A DNA stretch of 64,000 nt from Macrostomum lignano (taxonomy: Eukaryota), in assembly GCA_002269645.1 (NCBI GenBank), contig NIVC01003854.1, positions 9,656-73,655 on the forward strand, written 5' to 3'. The notes below the pieces were generated by a model. The model was not told the DNA's origin. It was given only the letters and a program-made list of their open reading frames with translations, and ran no database searches. Made by a program: the position numbers and the translations under genes. Numbering within the stretch: position 1 is the stretch's first letter; each line of letters starts with the position of its first letter. Positions 23,201 to 35,935 of this stretch are shown piece by piece.

Positions 23201-26164
23201 TGTTCAAAATGTTATACATTAGAGCTTCTGACACCATAATTTAATGCATCAATTTGTTGAGCTGATTACTAACTATAGGGTAGAGCTGCCACCACAGTAA
23301 TTTATGTATTATAGAATATTAAAGTCCCAAAGCTGAAAACTTTAAGGTTGTTTTATGCCCCACGGGCAAATGACTCAGGATAAACTATTTGGAGCTAACT
23401 AATTAATAAGGAATAAATGTTATTGATGTTTATTATTATTATTAACTAGATGACCAGATGAGCAAGTAATTTTTTAGCAGACAATAAATATTTTGACTAC
23501 AATTGATAGATAGAGCCAACTGGTACCGCAGTGCTTTAAGATTGAATAAAGTAAATGGTCACTATGGTAATTAGAATACAAGGAGCAAAGAAATCAAAAA
23601 ATAGATTGAGACAGAACAGTGAAAGTGAGAGAAAGAGCAAGAGAGGGGCAAGCCTTTAATTTAAAGATGGCAGCATTAGAGGCAACATATAAATATTGAC
23701 AAAACAAAACTCCAACACATGGGACAGGGCTTGGATGGGCGCATAAGGCAAGGGATGGGCAGAATGTTGGACAGGAGCAAAATTTGTGTAGAAATAAAGT
23801 TTGAGAAATTAAGTAACCAAAAATGGGGAAACAATGAACCATAGGTGGGAAAATAGAAAACCAAAACTAGGACACAGATAGGACAATGACCAGAAAAATA
23901 ATGCATTGAAAAGGGTTGAAAAAGAGACCAAAAATTCTGGGGTTGGGGCATGTAGTATTTTGCAGAAAAAATAAGTTTTTTCATAAAAATATTAAAAGTA
24001 TTAAGCAAGTGGCAACCAATTTAAAATAAAAATAACAAATAATACTATTCAGTAGCAATAGCTAATATAATATACAAAATAGGTCAACTATTTTTCTTAT
24101 TTTTTTAGCCAATAAAGTATAATAGACTATTATTCAAGATTAGATTATAAGGTGTTAAAGGGTCTTTAAAAACAAAAAAACTATAAGAAACAAATAATTG
24201 GTCTAAAAATTTATATTCCATCTCTCAACAATATGGAAGGCTATAGCAGTGCTAGATTGTTAGACATTTAGAACATACCCTCTAAGTCACAACCACAATA
24301 TCAATAGTCAGAAGGTAAATTGCAAAGCTTGTTTATACCTTCCTTTTTATATATCAACTGCATCATTCTGCAAAGCAATTCATTGTGCTTTTCCTGCCAC
24401 TCATTAGCACATTTTTTTCTTTGTGTATAAGCAATGTTTTTTCTCTTTGTTTTTTCTAGAGTATCAAAACCAAGCTCAATTTTCTATTTGCAGCATAAGA
24501 ACTAAAAAAAAATGGTCATATTGGCAAAAAGGAGCAAATGCAAATGAATATATTTTCTTATACTTAGCTTTAACTGCTATCATATAGCTTATATTCATAA
24601 CTGCTTTCTAGTTTCAAGGTGCTTCTCTAGTGTTGCCTACAATTGGTGAGTCATCAATTGATGTTAGTAGTTCTTTGTCTTTTTCAAGATGAATATTACA
24701 CTTGTCCTTGCTTATTTTACAAAAATGAACCTCTAATATATACCACTATTGTTCACAGAGCATATAGTTTTTATCTGAAGACAACCAACAATCAAAGAAG
24801 ATGTTGCTCATCTTCTTTTGCTGGTTGGTTTTGGTATCTTTAAACACTGCCAGATCTTGTCAAATTTAAAGCTAGAATACATCTTTTAAGATGCATTATA
24901 ATGGCATTATCATGAATAGAGCAAGCATGATACTATGCATATATTATCCATAGTCATCTATGGACCCATCCTTTATCATAAATGGTTCCATATGACTTCT
25001 ATGCAACTCAGCAAGAATGACAATGCATGAATAATAAACTCATCATATCAATGACAAGATTGTATGTCCTGGCTAAATGGGATAAATGTACTAGTATAAC
25101 TTGTTATAACTTAATAGTTTTAAACTGTTGAAGCTCAACTGAGAAAATGAAAATCTTGCTCTTGTAGCTTGGCAATTGGCCTTAAAGAATAAAGTTATTT
25201 TCAAATAAATAAACAAATGATAAAATAACTGCTAGAACTTGGAATTCAGGCTCAGTTGTTAGGGATATAATTAATGGATATACAGATTTTCTTTATATAG
25301 TTTTAAAGGAAAAATGCTATTGGCTACTCTTATGCCATAGATATTAATGTCAAAGCCCTTTTAAACAATGCAGATTCATATTTTTGGATCCTTGATTCAT
25401 ATGCAGAGTAAGTTATATAGGCTGTCATATCTGCTTATCCTATTCTACTTCCTAGAGGCATCTTTTGACTTTATATTGGGAGCTATAGACCATACTATAA
25501 ATTTCAAAATCTTCCCTGAGCAGGTCTACACAAAATGCAATAATATGTATGCAATCATATGCATAGGCAAATTCACAAGTGTATAGTAGCCCTAACTTTA
25601 TTTAAGTATTTATGCTTCACTGTGCCTTGGGGGGTTTGGCCTTTAAGGGCATTGATAAATGAAGTCCCAAATTAATATTACTACACTTGGAATTTGGCAT
25701 AGGCTTGTAGCACATAAGAGTGCCATGCTAAACCACTGGGCTATGCCCTATGTGCTAATGAATAGCAAAGAATGTTTAAAACATATCTTACTATTATCAC
25801 AAACAGACAGGCCACATAAAAAATTGTACATATTGGCACCTAAACATTATTGCTAGTAATTCTCTTGCCACCCTAGCATAAAATAAATGTGTAATATATG
25901 TCTCTAGTCCTTTAGGTTAGGTCAGGTTGATGCCTAAATCTTTCTTATCTATGCTGGGTCTATAATAGTAAAGTTAAAGCCAGTAAATAAAACTTGAATG
26001 TTTGAGCACTCAGATTAAGAACAATATTTGGCATATTTGGCATTTTAAACAAATCCCTGGCATCTTGTCCCTTATTGATCCTTCGCAGGTATAATCAAAT
26101 CAAACACGCAAAAACACATTCCCAGAGTGTATCATTAATTAATTGAACTTAACAAAGCACTGAA

Positions 26165-29006
26165 ATGCCTAGCGCAGACAGCAGTGGACATGGCAGTCAC
26201 AGCAGCAGCAGTGCTAACAGGCGTCTAGCTAAAGAAATCATTCAGTCTGTCAAGTCCAGCGGCCTGTTTGATGAGCTCAGACGCGACTGTGCAGCTAAGC
26301 TGGAGTCCCGATCTGGTTACTCTCGACTGATTAACCAGTTGAAGCCTCTGACTAAGAAGCACTTAGATAGGGTGGTCTGGGAGCCCGGCTTGAATAAAGT
26401 GAGTTTTGCTCCCTCAACTCAATTCCTAATCTCAACTCAATTCTCAAAGCCCAACTCAATTCCCATTCCCAACTCAATTCCCAATCCCAACTCAATTCCC
26501 AATCCCAACTCAATTCCCAATCCCAACTCAATTCCCAATCCCAACTCAATTCCCAATCCCAGTTCAATTCCCAATCCCAGTTCAATTCCCAATCCCAGTT
26601 CAATTCCCAATCCCAACTCGATTCCCAATCCCAAATCAATTCCCAATCCCAACTTAATTCCCAATCCCAACTCAATTCCCAATCCCAACTCAATTCCCAA
26701 TCCCAGTTCAATTCCCAATCCCAACTCAATTCCCAATCCCAGTTCAATTCCCAATCCCAACTCAATTCCCAATCCCAACTCGATTCCTAATCCCAACTTA
26801 ATTCCCAATACCAACTCAATTCCCATTCCCAACTCAATTCCCATTTCCCAATCTCAACTCAATTCTCAAATCCCAACGCAATTCCCCATCCCCATCAGGT
26901 GGCCACCCGGGAGCGACTCAGGCGCCGCCTGTTGGACACCCCGGCTGTGCAGTCCATGCTGGACGACCTCCTTGACCAGCTGCTCAGCCACAACGCTGTG
27001 CAGACCAGCATCCAGCCCCGCGTGGACCGGGCCATCGCTGACTACGCAGGAGTCACCCCTGAGGAGCTTCGACAGATGCGGCGTCAGCTGCCGCTGCTGC
27101 CAACTCCGAATGAGCAACAGCAACAGCAGCAGCAGCAGCAGCCAGTGCCGCCGCCGCCCCCGCCGCCCCCACTGCCGCCAACTTCGCTTCCGCCGCCAAC
27201 TTTCCCAATCCCGATGTTCCCCTTCCCGTTCCCGCCTCCGCCAATGCCTCCGTCAGCTTTCGGCTCCTCCGGCCTCGTCATACCGCCACCGCCGCCCCCG
27301 CCGCCGCCTCCTCCTCCGCCCCCGCCGCCACCTCCGCCGCCGCCTCCACCGCCGCCTGAGCACGAAGATGAGGCGCCGCCACCTCCGCCGCCTCCTCCCC
27401 CTCCTCCGCCCGAGTCTGAGTCAGAAGAGCAGCGAACTCAGCCGTCTCAGCCGCTTCATCAGACTCCAAAGACTCCTGAAGGCGAGATGCTCAGTCTGGC
27501 ACTTGGTGACCAAGCAGAACCGATGGAAACGACAGATAGACTTCCAACCACTCCGCCAACGCCTCCAGGAGAAGATCCGTCAGGCTTAGCGGATGCGCCA
27601 GCCTCCTCCGCCGCTGCCGCCACCGCCTCATCCGACTATAACTTTGCTTGGAAAGGAGTTCAACTTGACAGTAATGACGTATCGGACGTGACCGTGTCCT
27701 CGGTGCATACGTCCGACCTGTCCGATATTGAAGCAGACGATCCCCAACAGCAGCAGCAACAGCAACAATCTAAGCAGCAGTTGAAGCAATCGAAAAGCAA
27801 AAAGAAGAAATCAGCAGCAGCAGCCAAAGAGTCGGAGAAGCAACGACAGAAGGCTCAGATTGAAGCCCGACTGCGCGAAATTGAAAGCGAGACAGAGCGC
27901 CGGCGTAAGCGAATAATTGACGACAAAGGTAGCGACTTGGCCGCAGGCGAGGACAAGTCTGCTGCGGCACCGTCGTCCAGCCGTCATCAGCAGCAACAAC
28001 GCCAGCAGCCTCGTTCCCGATCTCGACGCCGAGAGTCTGAGGGAGTTGATCGCGGCCACCGGCGTAGGTCCCGGTCTCGATCCCGCGCGGCGCCGCCCTG
28101 TCAACCGCCCGGCGTCGGTCCCGCTCCCGCTCGCCGTCGCATCGACGTCGATCTTCGCCTCCGCACCGTCGAGACGATCTCGGCCGAAGCGGCAGTCGGC
28201 ACAGTCGGCATCGCCGCAGTCGCAATCGAGAGGACGCGTCGTCCTCTGAGTCCCCCGACGGTCGCCGATCGCGTCTACCCGCTGAGCGTCGGCGCCATTT
28301 GTCGCCGCCTCGCCGACCGACGCCTCCGCCCCGGCGTCCTGGCGGGCAGCGTTCGCCATCCCGACGTCGTCAGGATCGTCAGGAGCATCAGCAGCAGCAG
28401 CATCGCCGCCGCGGCCGCGAGGATCGTCAGCGTCAGCAGTTGCCTTCTCCGCAGTCGTCGTCGACTTCTTCCTCGTCTCGATGGCGTCGACGATCGCGGC
28501 ATTCGAGGACGCCACCGCCGCAGTCGCAGTCGCATCTGTCTTTGAATTCGCGTCGACGGTCCCGTCAGCCGGATGTTGGCCAGCTTCAGGACGCAGACGA
28601 GGAGGAATTTGACAACTCGAACGGGCCGTCAGGTTTCGGCTCTCGGAATTCCTCCTACAGGCGGTTCTCGCCGGCGCCGACACCGCCGCCGCACCAACAG
28701 CAGGAGCAGCAGCGAAGTCGGCATGGGCGTCAGCGGCATCGACAGCTCTCGCAGGATGGCAACGACGGTATTGATTGCGACAGTCAAGATACTGAAGGCA
28801 TGGAAATTGCCGAGCCGCCTTTGGGAGATGTTGACGCTGATGGCGGTGGAGGCAACGAGGAGGAGCTGCCGAATCAGTTCGTTGAAGCTCCGGGCACGTC
28901 GGAACGTCCAACCCCGCAAGCTGAGGATGGCAGCGGCGAAGATGCCGGCGGTGGCCGCCGCGGAGGCAACTCTGAGACTGAAGAGGGTGAAGTTAGCGAC
29001 GAGTGA
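26165..29006 (+). CDS. BOD1: BOD1/BOD1L1-like protein (COMPASS Shg1/BOD1 domain) with poly-Pro, poly-Gln and RS-rich tail. Exons 26165-26398 and 26899-29006; net frameshift at ~28085-28110
   Basis: IIQSVKSSGLFDELRRDC...KKHLDRVVWEPGLNK | VATRERLRRRLL...IQPRVDRAIADY matches the BOD1 domain. Phase-0 GT-AG intron. The RS-rich text continues in a different frame (RRRSRSRSPSHRRR...EEGEVSDE*). Confidence 0.85.
26413..26893. repeat. 18-bp intronic minisatellite (CCCAACTCAATTCCCAAT)n
   Basis: About 22 core tandem units inside BOD1 intron 1. Explains the spurious PNPNSI / GIELGL ORFs. Confidence 0.95.
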
Positions 29007-29104
29007 AATCTTCATTTAGTTCTCTGTGTAAATGCCTGTGGGGTCCTTTCTGCCTGATGCCAGTGTCCTTCAGTGGATTGGGTAAACCTTGCTTAATATT
29101 ATTC

Positions 29105-29637
29105 TATTGATTGCTAGACCCATCCATGGTATCATTCAGTGGATTGCTAGACCCTTCCCTTTGATATCATTCATTGGATTGCTAGACCCTTCCCTTTGAT
29201 ATCATTCAGTGGATTGCTAGACCCTTCCCTTTGATATCATTCATTGGATTGCTAGACCCTTCCCTTTGATATCATTCAGTGGATTGCTAGACCCTTCCCT
29301 TTGATATCATTCAGTGGATTCCTAGACCCTTCCCTTTGATATCATTCAGTGGATTGCTAGACCCTTCCCTAATATCATTCAGTGGATTGCTAGACCCTTC
29401 CCTTTGATATCATTCAGTGGATTGCTAGACCCTTCCCTTTGATATCATTCAGTGGATTGCTAGACCCTTCCCTTTGATATCATTCAGTGGATTGCTAGAC
29501 CCTTCCCTTTGATATCATTCAGTGGATTGCTAGACCCTTCCCTAATATCATTCTGTGGATTGCTAGACCCTTTCCTTTGATATCATTCAATTGATTTCTA
29601 GACCCTTCCATGGTATCCTTAGGTGGATTGCTAGACT
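29105..29637. repeat. 35-bp minisatellite (GATATCATTCAGTGGATTGCTAGACCCTTCCCTTT)n
   Basis: About 14-15 tandem units downstream of BOD1. Confidence 0.95.
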
Positions 29638-30251
29638 GACCCTCCTCCTTACTACTTCAATGCACTATTTAAACAGTTAAGCCAACTTCAATGTTATTGC
29701 ATTTGTCTTCCTTTAAATGGTCATCAGATTAACTTTTTGTGCTTGCATTGCATTGCTTTCGTTCATTATATCATCATGTTTGTATAAATTATTTAATGAA
29801 AAATAAATAGTTTATGAATTGGTGCACTTTTTCATGGATTTTGTTTTAATTTACTTATTTTTGAAAAAAATTTCCTATAGGATTTCTACTACTAATATCC
29901 CTACTTAAAGTAGGCTAGTGCTCCGTTCTCAGTTCGGCAACTGTTTTTTTTAAAGATTCTTTTAAGTTGCTTTCCGGACAGAACAGTCGGAGCTAACAGT
30001 GAATGCAGCAATCTATAACGAGGTGCCAGTTTGAATTTTCAGCTACTGAAAACTTGGCATGCGAAATTTTGATTGCATATTTTTATTCTAATTATTAGTA
30101 GAAAGTAAAGTAAGTCATACAAATGGCACAGCTGAACTCATTGGCTTTATGAATGTGACATGTACATATGATATAATATTAACGTATTAGAATCCTAATT
30201 TTCTAAACGAAAGGCTTTATGGATATCAACAGAGCTATAACTGGGGTCGTC

Positions 30252-30595
30252 GAGGGGAGGGAAGAGGAGAGGGAAGAGAAGAGGAGAGGGAAGAGAAGAG
30301 GAGAGAGAAGGGGAGAGAGGGAATAGAAGGGGAGAGAGGGAAGAGAAGGGGAGAGAGGGGAGAGAGGGAAGAGAAGGGGAGAGAGGGAAGAGAAGGGGAG
30401 AGAGGGAAGAGAAGGGGAGAGAGGGGAGAGAGGGAAGAGAATGGGAGAGAGGGAAGAGAGGAGGAGAGAGAAGGGGAGAGGAGATGAGAAAGAAGGGAGA
30501 AAAGCGGAGAGACAAGAGAGAAGAGAGGGGGAGAATATGAGAGAGAGGAGAGCAGGGGAAGAAGGGAGAGAAAAGACGGGAAAAGAGGGAGAACT
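30252..30595. repeat. Polypurine GA-rich low-complexity tract
   Basis: Almost pure A/G sequence with GGGGAGAGAGGGAAGAGAA units. Confidence 0.9.
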
Positions 30596-30905
30596 AATAT
30601 GTATTTTTCGGTAAAACCTGTCTCCTAAAGTTTTCCAAGAAACGTAACGTCCCGTCTTTCTACTTCAGTAGTCTTTGGTGCCAAAGTGCCCGGGTTCGAA
30701 TCTGTGCGTGTCCGAATTAATTTAAGACGGGTTAGGATATGGTGTGATAAAATGCCTGAGAAAATCAGCGGTGTCTGTTTAGAAAGTTAGAGAGCTAATA
30801 TTAATTAATGCATTGTTGAACTCATTAAGCCGATATGTATCGTAACACACGTTGTCTTGTCGTCTATTTCCAGCTCAATCCTCTGTAACCACCACCCGAG
30901 CAGTC

Positions 30906-31145
30906 ATGCTGAGCCGCACTTCTCTCGCTTTGCTACGCGCCGGCACCCGGCTTGGCCATCAGGCATCAATGCCGGCTGTCCGCGCCAACTCCAACTTCTA
31001 CTGGGCCACGCCGCCGCGCAACCGGGTCTCCGTTGGCACCAAAGTCGGCATGGGCGTCAGCCTCTACCTGGTCTGGTTTCTGCCGCTGTGCGCCTTCCTG
31101 CAAATCTGCAAGAATTACCGCACCGAAGGCGAGGATGCCGAGTAA
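30906..31145 (+). CDS. COX8: Cytochrome c oxidase subunit 8-like (79 aa)
   Basis: Arg/Ala/Leu-rich mitochondrial presequence, then ATPPRNRVSVGTKVGMGVSLYLVWFLPLCAFLQICKNYR: PP..R.S..EK-like motif, one TM helix with Pro, terminal Y-basic. Acceptor TTTCCAG at 30873. Confidence 0.7.
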   Translation: MLSRTSLALLRAGTRLGHQASMPAVRANSNFYWATPPRNRVSVGTKVGMGVSLYLVWFLPLCAFLQICKNYRTEGEDAE

Positions 31146-31728
31146 TTGAAGACTATAGGCTGAATTTGGAAACTGATGAAAATTGGAACACTTTAAATTT
31201 AAGACGTAGCTTAACTACTATTAGTAGGGCATCGAGTTTTCGTTTGTATTGATTAGAAAAAAAGCTTCACTCTCTCCTTCAGTGTATCTTCTAGTATAGC
31301 TAAAAACACGCGTCCATGGGCCACTTGTTGCAACACCTTCATTGCCCATCATCTGTTTGCTTAAAATTGATAAAGCAAGCAATAACAGTTCTCCGTAGCG
31401 CCTGGGGTTCAAACTTTCTGCAAGAAAATCGATAAATTTATTAATAAATAAACACTTCTATCGTTAGTTAATTCAACTAATTAATCATCCCATGTAGATG
31501 ATATAATTGAATCATTAAAGCTTGTTATAAGTTTTTTATTTTGATTTCGTTGTTATTCAAACTTATGCCAGCTACATTTAGTAGTATGGTTTTTATGTTA
31601 AGAGTATCTTATTATAATTATTAATCGATATTTGCATATATCTAGTTGATAATAATAACTTCGCACTACTTTCAGAATAATAAACAGTAGTATAATAGAA
31701 ACTTGTGATCAAGTTTTATTTAAATCAA

Positions 31729-33953
31729 ATGGGCTGCATTCAGTCGGGCCCAACTTTCGTTGTGGATGGGAGATCGTATCGAATTGTTGAAAATATTGGC
31801 GAAGGGTGAGTCGTGTTTTAATTTTTAATAAAATCCTGCAGCTTAATTCGTTTGCCTGTCTGTAATAGTTGAAATTGGGAATTAAACTGATACGATATTG
31901 GTTAAGTGCATGAATAGACACGATCCGATATGTATCGAAAGTAGTATTCGTAACATGCTACACAAACATACAATTTATAGATATAAATTTAAACTTTGCT
32001 AGTTAATGCAGTATTTAAAGGCGCCACAAAGCTCTATTCAGAGTCCAGCTGAAAACAGGACGTTTCGTGCTTGTATTCGTGTATTTATGTCAGTTAAGGT
32101 ATGGCCTGATATGCAAGAATGTATCGAAAGTATGTTCATGCCCCGATATGTATCGAAAGTAATGTTTGCCTATTAAAAAATCGATTAGTCCAAGACCCAA
32201 TTTGTATCGAAAGTAGTGTTTGTCTATTAAAAATGAGATAAGTCCATGACCCGATATGTATCGAAAGTAGTGTTTGTCTATTAAAAAATCGATAAGTCCA
32301 TGACCCGATATGTATGGAAAGTAGCATTCGCCAATAAGAAAATAACGCAGCGTCTCCAAAATGCGATTTGTGCAGCGGCTTCAGCCAGGTGGATTTGTGC
32401 CGTGAAGAGAAATCCAACCGGCTGTGCGTGGCGAAACGAATTCTCTGTCACTCCCGCGCGGACTCGGAGCGGGCTGTTCGAGAGGCTGAGTACCACCGCA
32501 GGCTGCGGCACCCGAACCTGCTCACCTGTCTGGGCCACTCAGTCGGCCAGCCAATAACCTCAGTGGCGGCAACAGTGGTTGCCGAGGTAATTTTGGTGCT
32601 TCCCTACCATCGACGTGGCACTTTATCCGAAGAATTGGACCTCTGCCGTATTGCCAAATCGTCAATTGGTTTGAATAGAATCCTATCAACAATTAGCGGT
32701 CTCTGCTCTGGTTTGGCCGCAATGCACTCGGCCGATTTGGCGCATCGGGACCTGAAAACTGGCAATGTACTCTTAGACGACTCATTACGACCAATCCTGA
32801 TGGATTTTGGTAGCGTCACGGATAAACTGGTGTGGATTAATAGTCGTCAGGAGGCTGTACGTTGGCAGGATTTCGCCGCCGAGCACTGCTCGATGACATA
32901 TCGGGCGCCTGAGCTGTACAACGTGCCGTGTCCTGGCATTATCAGCGAGAAAGCCGATATTTGGGTGAGATGGCTATTTGAACTACTGAAAGTAGAAATA
33001 TACGAATATTTTGTCGTTTTTTTTCGCTATAGTCACCCTCTTTTTTGTAACAACTTTTAAATGGAATTAATTTAAATAGTTTTTCAGTGTTGGTAGTCCT
33101 TAAGTAAAACTTAGCGATGTAACTACTTTAAAATTGGTAATTAAATAGAGATTTCCGTATCTGTCTAGCTAGTATATAGGACTATCCAATCCGCTGAAAT
33201 AAATGAAATCAAATTATTTTCGCAACATATCGGCTAGCAAACTATACTCTGAATGTTTAATACTTATATGTTCTTTTTTAATTATTTTTTTCATTTTTCG
33301 CAATATCTTTAAAAAGTCTTACTAAATACATTTTGCGCTTGTTTAGTGGAAATCTAAAATTGGTAAAAAAAAGTTGCATCGGCCGGGAATCGAACCCGGG
33401 CCGCCCGCGTGGCAGGCGAGCATTCTACCACTGAACCACCGATGCTTAGTATTGTAGGAAGTGAACAAGACTTTATATTGTTTAAAGGCAAAAATATCCT
33501 TTGCAACATGCTAATGTCATGTACTTTTATTATAGAGCCTTGGCTGCGTTCTTTACGCCCTGTGCTACAACGAGTCGCCATTTGATCTGGTGTATAGTCG
33601 CGGCGATAGCGTCGCTTTAGCCACTTGCTCGGGGATTAAACTACCAACTAGTCCAGAATTCGAGTGAGTGTTCGCACTTTAAATTTAAATTGTACGCTCA
33701 ATATTATAACTAATGACAATCTTCTCAAACTCCTATCAGCTACCCTTCAGAGCTACAGCAGCTGATTCTCTCTATGGGTAACCCAGATCCTGACAGGCGG
33801 CCCTCATTAGCCGAGATTCGAACCGTATTGGCTCCGCTTCTAATTTCTGCCGGCCTACCAACAGAAGAACCAGAGGATGATGCAACTGAGGCTGCAGTTG
33901 TCAGTCAAGGCGATGTTCGATTGACATCAGTAGCTCATACGCAGGAAGCATAG
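31729..33953 (+). CDS. STK16: Serine/threonine kinase 16 (NAK family), 335 aa. Exons 31729-31805, 32376-32964, 33536-33663, 33740-33953
   Basis: MGC acylation start, IGEGGFSQVDL, AKRILCHS, HRDLKTGNVLL, MDFGS, AAEHCSMTYRAPELY, ADIWSLGCVLYALCY..SPFD, RGDSVALA. All splice phases are consistent. Confidence 0.93.
31921..32320. repeat. ~58-bp repeat family (CCGATATGTATCGAAAG core); related copies at 33970-34280
   Basis: Tandem units in STK16 intron 1 and dispersed degenerate units downstream of STK16. Confidence 0.75.
33375..33445 (-). tRNA. tRNA-Gly(GCC), antisense in STK16 intron 2
   Basis: GCATCGGTGGTTCAGTGGTAGAATGCTCGCCTGCCACGCGGGCGGCCCGGGTTCGATTCCCGGCCGATGCA: full cloverleaf, A and B boxes, and a T8 Pol III terminator at 33365-33372. 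Confidence 0.97.
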
Positions 33954-34720
33954 CTGTAATTTTAAATCCCTTTGCCGATATGTATCGAAATCTTCTTTGT
34001 TACAGAAATTACATTGTGTTGTTTTTGTGCCGATATGTGTCGAAATCTACTGTGTTACAGAAATTACATATGTTATACTACTGCCGATATGTATCGAGTG
34101 CATCCAACATGGAGACCCAGTCCTACCGATATGTTTCGAAATGCATTATTTAACTCTTGGGACCTAGTGCTGCCGATATGTCTTAAATATTTATTCGCAA
34201 TTTATTTGTTCGATATGTATCGAAAGACATAACTGTGGATACAGTCCTTCCGACCGATATTTATCGAAAGTCGATGTCTACTACTGTGCTTAAATATGTT
34301 CTATATATGTTGACATTTATCTATCATTCCATATTTTCTAGACCTAAATTGTTGAAAAGCTCGCCAGTCGGAATATTCGTATTGTCAGTAGTGTCTTCAG
34401 TTTTTTTGGTCAAAATTACTTATTAATTTTCTGTAATATAAGTTCCGTTTGGGTGTAACATTCATACTCATAAACCAATAAACTTTGTTAATTTTTTATT
34501 ATGTTTTCTCTTTTGGTTTACTGGCATCCAGCAATATTCGACCGTTTTCTAATATGGTAGCAGGTTTTGATGTACTCTGGCTTTTTTATTGTAGAAATTT
34601 TGAAATACAAATGAGACAATAAAATATCATTTATAAAAATTGACTGTTGATTTCATAATTTTAAAAGTAAATTTCTTAATTTTTATACTTTTTACGCTTA
34701 TTGGAATACAAAGTTTCTTA

Positions 34721-35820
34721 GTGTGGGTAGTTCCAGTTGTCTCTGATTGGCCAAGAGGCCTTAGCTGCAGGGTGGTCCGTAGACACAGCGGGGAGGCGAG
34801 GGTCGCCCATTCCGCTAGGCCAAGAGGTCAGTGTGGGTAGTTCCGGTTGTCCCTGATTGGCCAAGAGTTGGTGTGGTTAATTCCAGTTGTCTCTGATTGG
34901 CTAAGAGTTGGTGTGGGTAGTTCCAGTTGTCCCTGATTGGCCAAGAGTTGGTGTGGTTAATTCCAGTTGTCTCTGATTGGCTAAGAGTTGGTGTGGGTAG
35001 TTCCAGTTGTCCCTGATTGGCCAAGAGTTGGTGTGGGTAATTCCAGTTGTCTCTGATTGGCCAAGAGTTGGTGTGGTTAATTCCAGTTGTCTCTGATTGG
35101 CTAAGAGTTGGTGTGGGTAGTTCCGGTTGTCCCTGATTGGCCAAGAGTTGGTGTGGTTAATTCCAGTTGTCTCTGATTGGCTAAGAGTTGGTGTGGGTAA
35201 TTCCAGTTGTCCCTGATTGGCCAAGAGTTGGTGTGGTTAATTCCAGTTGTCTCTGATTGGCTAAGAGTTGGTGTGGGTAGTTCCAGTTGTCCCTGATTGG
35301 CCAAGAGTTGGTGTGGTTAATTCCAGTTGTCTCTGATTGGCTAAGAGTTGGTGTGGGTAGTTCCAGTTGTCCCTGATTGGCCAAGAGTTGGTGTGGGTAA
35401 TTCCAGTTGCCTCTGATTGGCCAAAGGTCGGTGTGGGCAGTTCCAGTTGTCTCTGATTGGCCAAGAGTCGGTGTGGGTAGTTCCCGTTGTCTCTGATTGG
35501 CCAAGAGTTGGTGTGGGTAGTTCCCGTTGTCTCTGATTGGCCAAGAGTTGGTGTGGGTAATTCCAGTTGTCTCTGATTGGCCAAGAGTCGGTGTGGGTAA
35601 TTCCAGTTGTCTCTGATTGGCCAAGAGTCGGTGTGGGTAATTCCAGTTGTCTCTGATTGGCCAAGAGTCGGTGTGGGTAATTCCAGTTGTCTCTGATTGG
35701 CCAAGCGTTGGTGTGGTTAATTCTAGTTGTCTCTGATTGGCCAAGCGTTGGTGTGGTTAATTCCAGTTGTCTCTGATTGGCCAAGAGTTGGTGTGGTTAA
35801 TTCCGGTTGTCTCTGATTGG
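34721..35820. repeat. 40-bp minisatellite (CCAAGAGTTGGTGTGGGTAGTTCCAGTTGTCTCTGATTGG)n, ~26 copies
   Basis: Tandem array upstream of the THG1L coding exon, with one ~70-bp interruption at 34759-34830. Confidence 0.95.
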
Positions 35821-35935
35821 GTTTGCTATTGGGTTTCAATATTAAAATTTTGATAGATTATCGTTGCGTCTCTATCTTGACTTTGTTGACTTTATACACA
35901 AAAATCAATCCATAATAATTTCTTTTACTTTTAAG

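Noticed and set aside
26352-26844. WDWELS / GIELGL / PNPNSI repeat ORFs
   Set aside because: Translations of the 18-bp intronic minisatellite.
27053-28911. Long antisense ORFs over BOD1
   Set aside because: Shadow frames of GC-rich, low-complexity coding sequence.
30670-30720. tRNA-like B-box GGGTTCGAATC
   Set aside because: No cloverleaf; at most a SINE-head remnant.
34815-35784. Repeated ANQRQLEL ORFs and CRISPR-like regularity
   Set aside because: Head-to-tail 40-bp minisatellite with no unique spacers and no cas genes; eukaryotic context.
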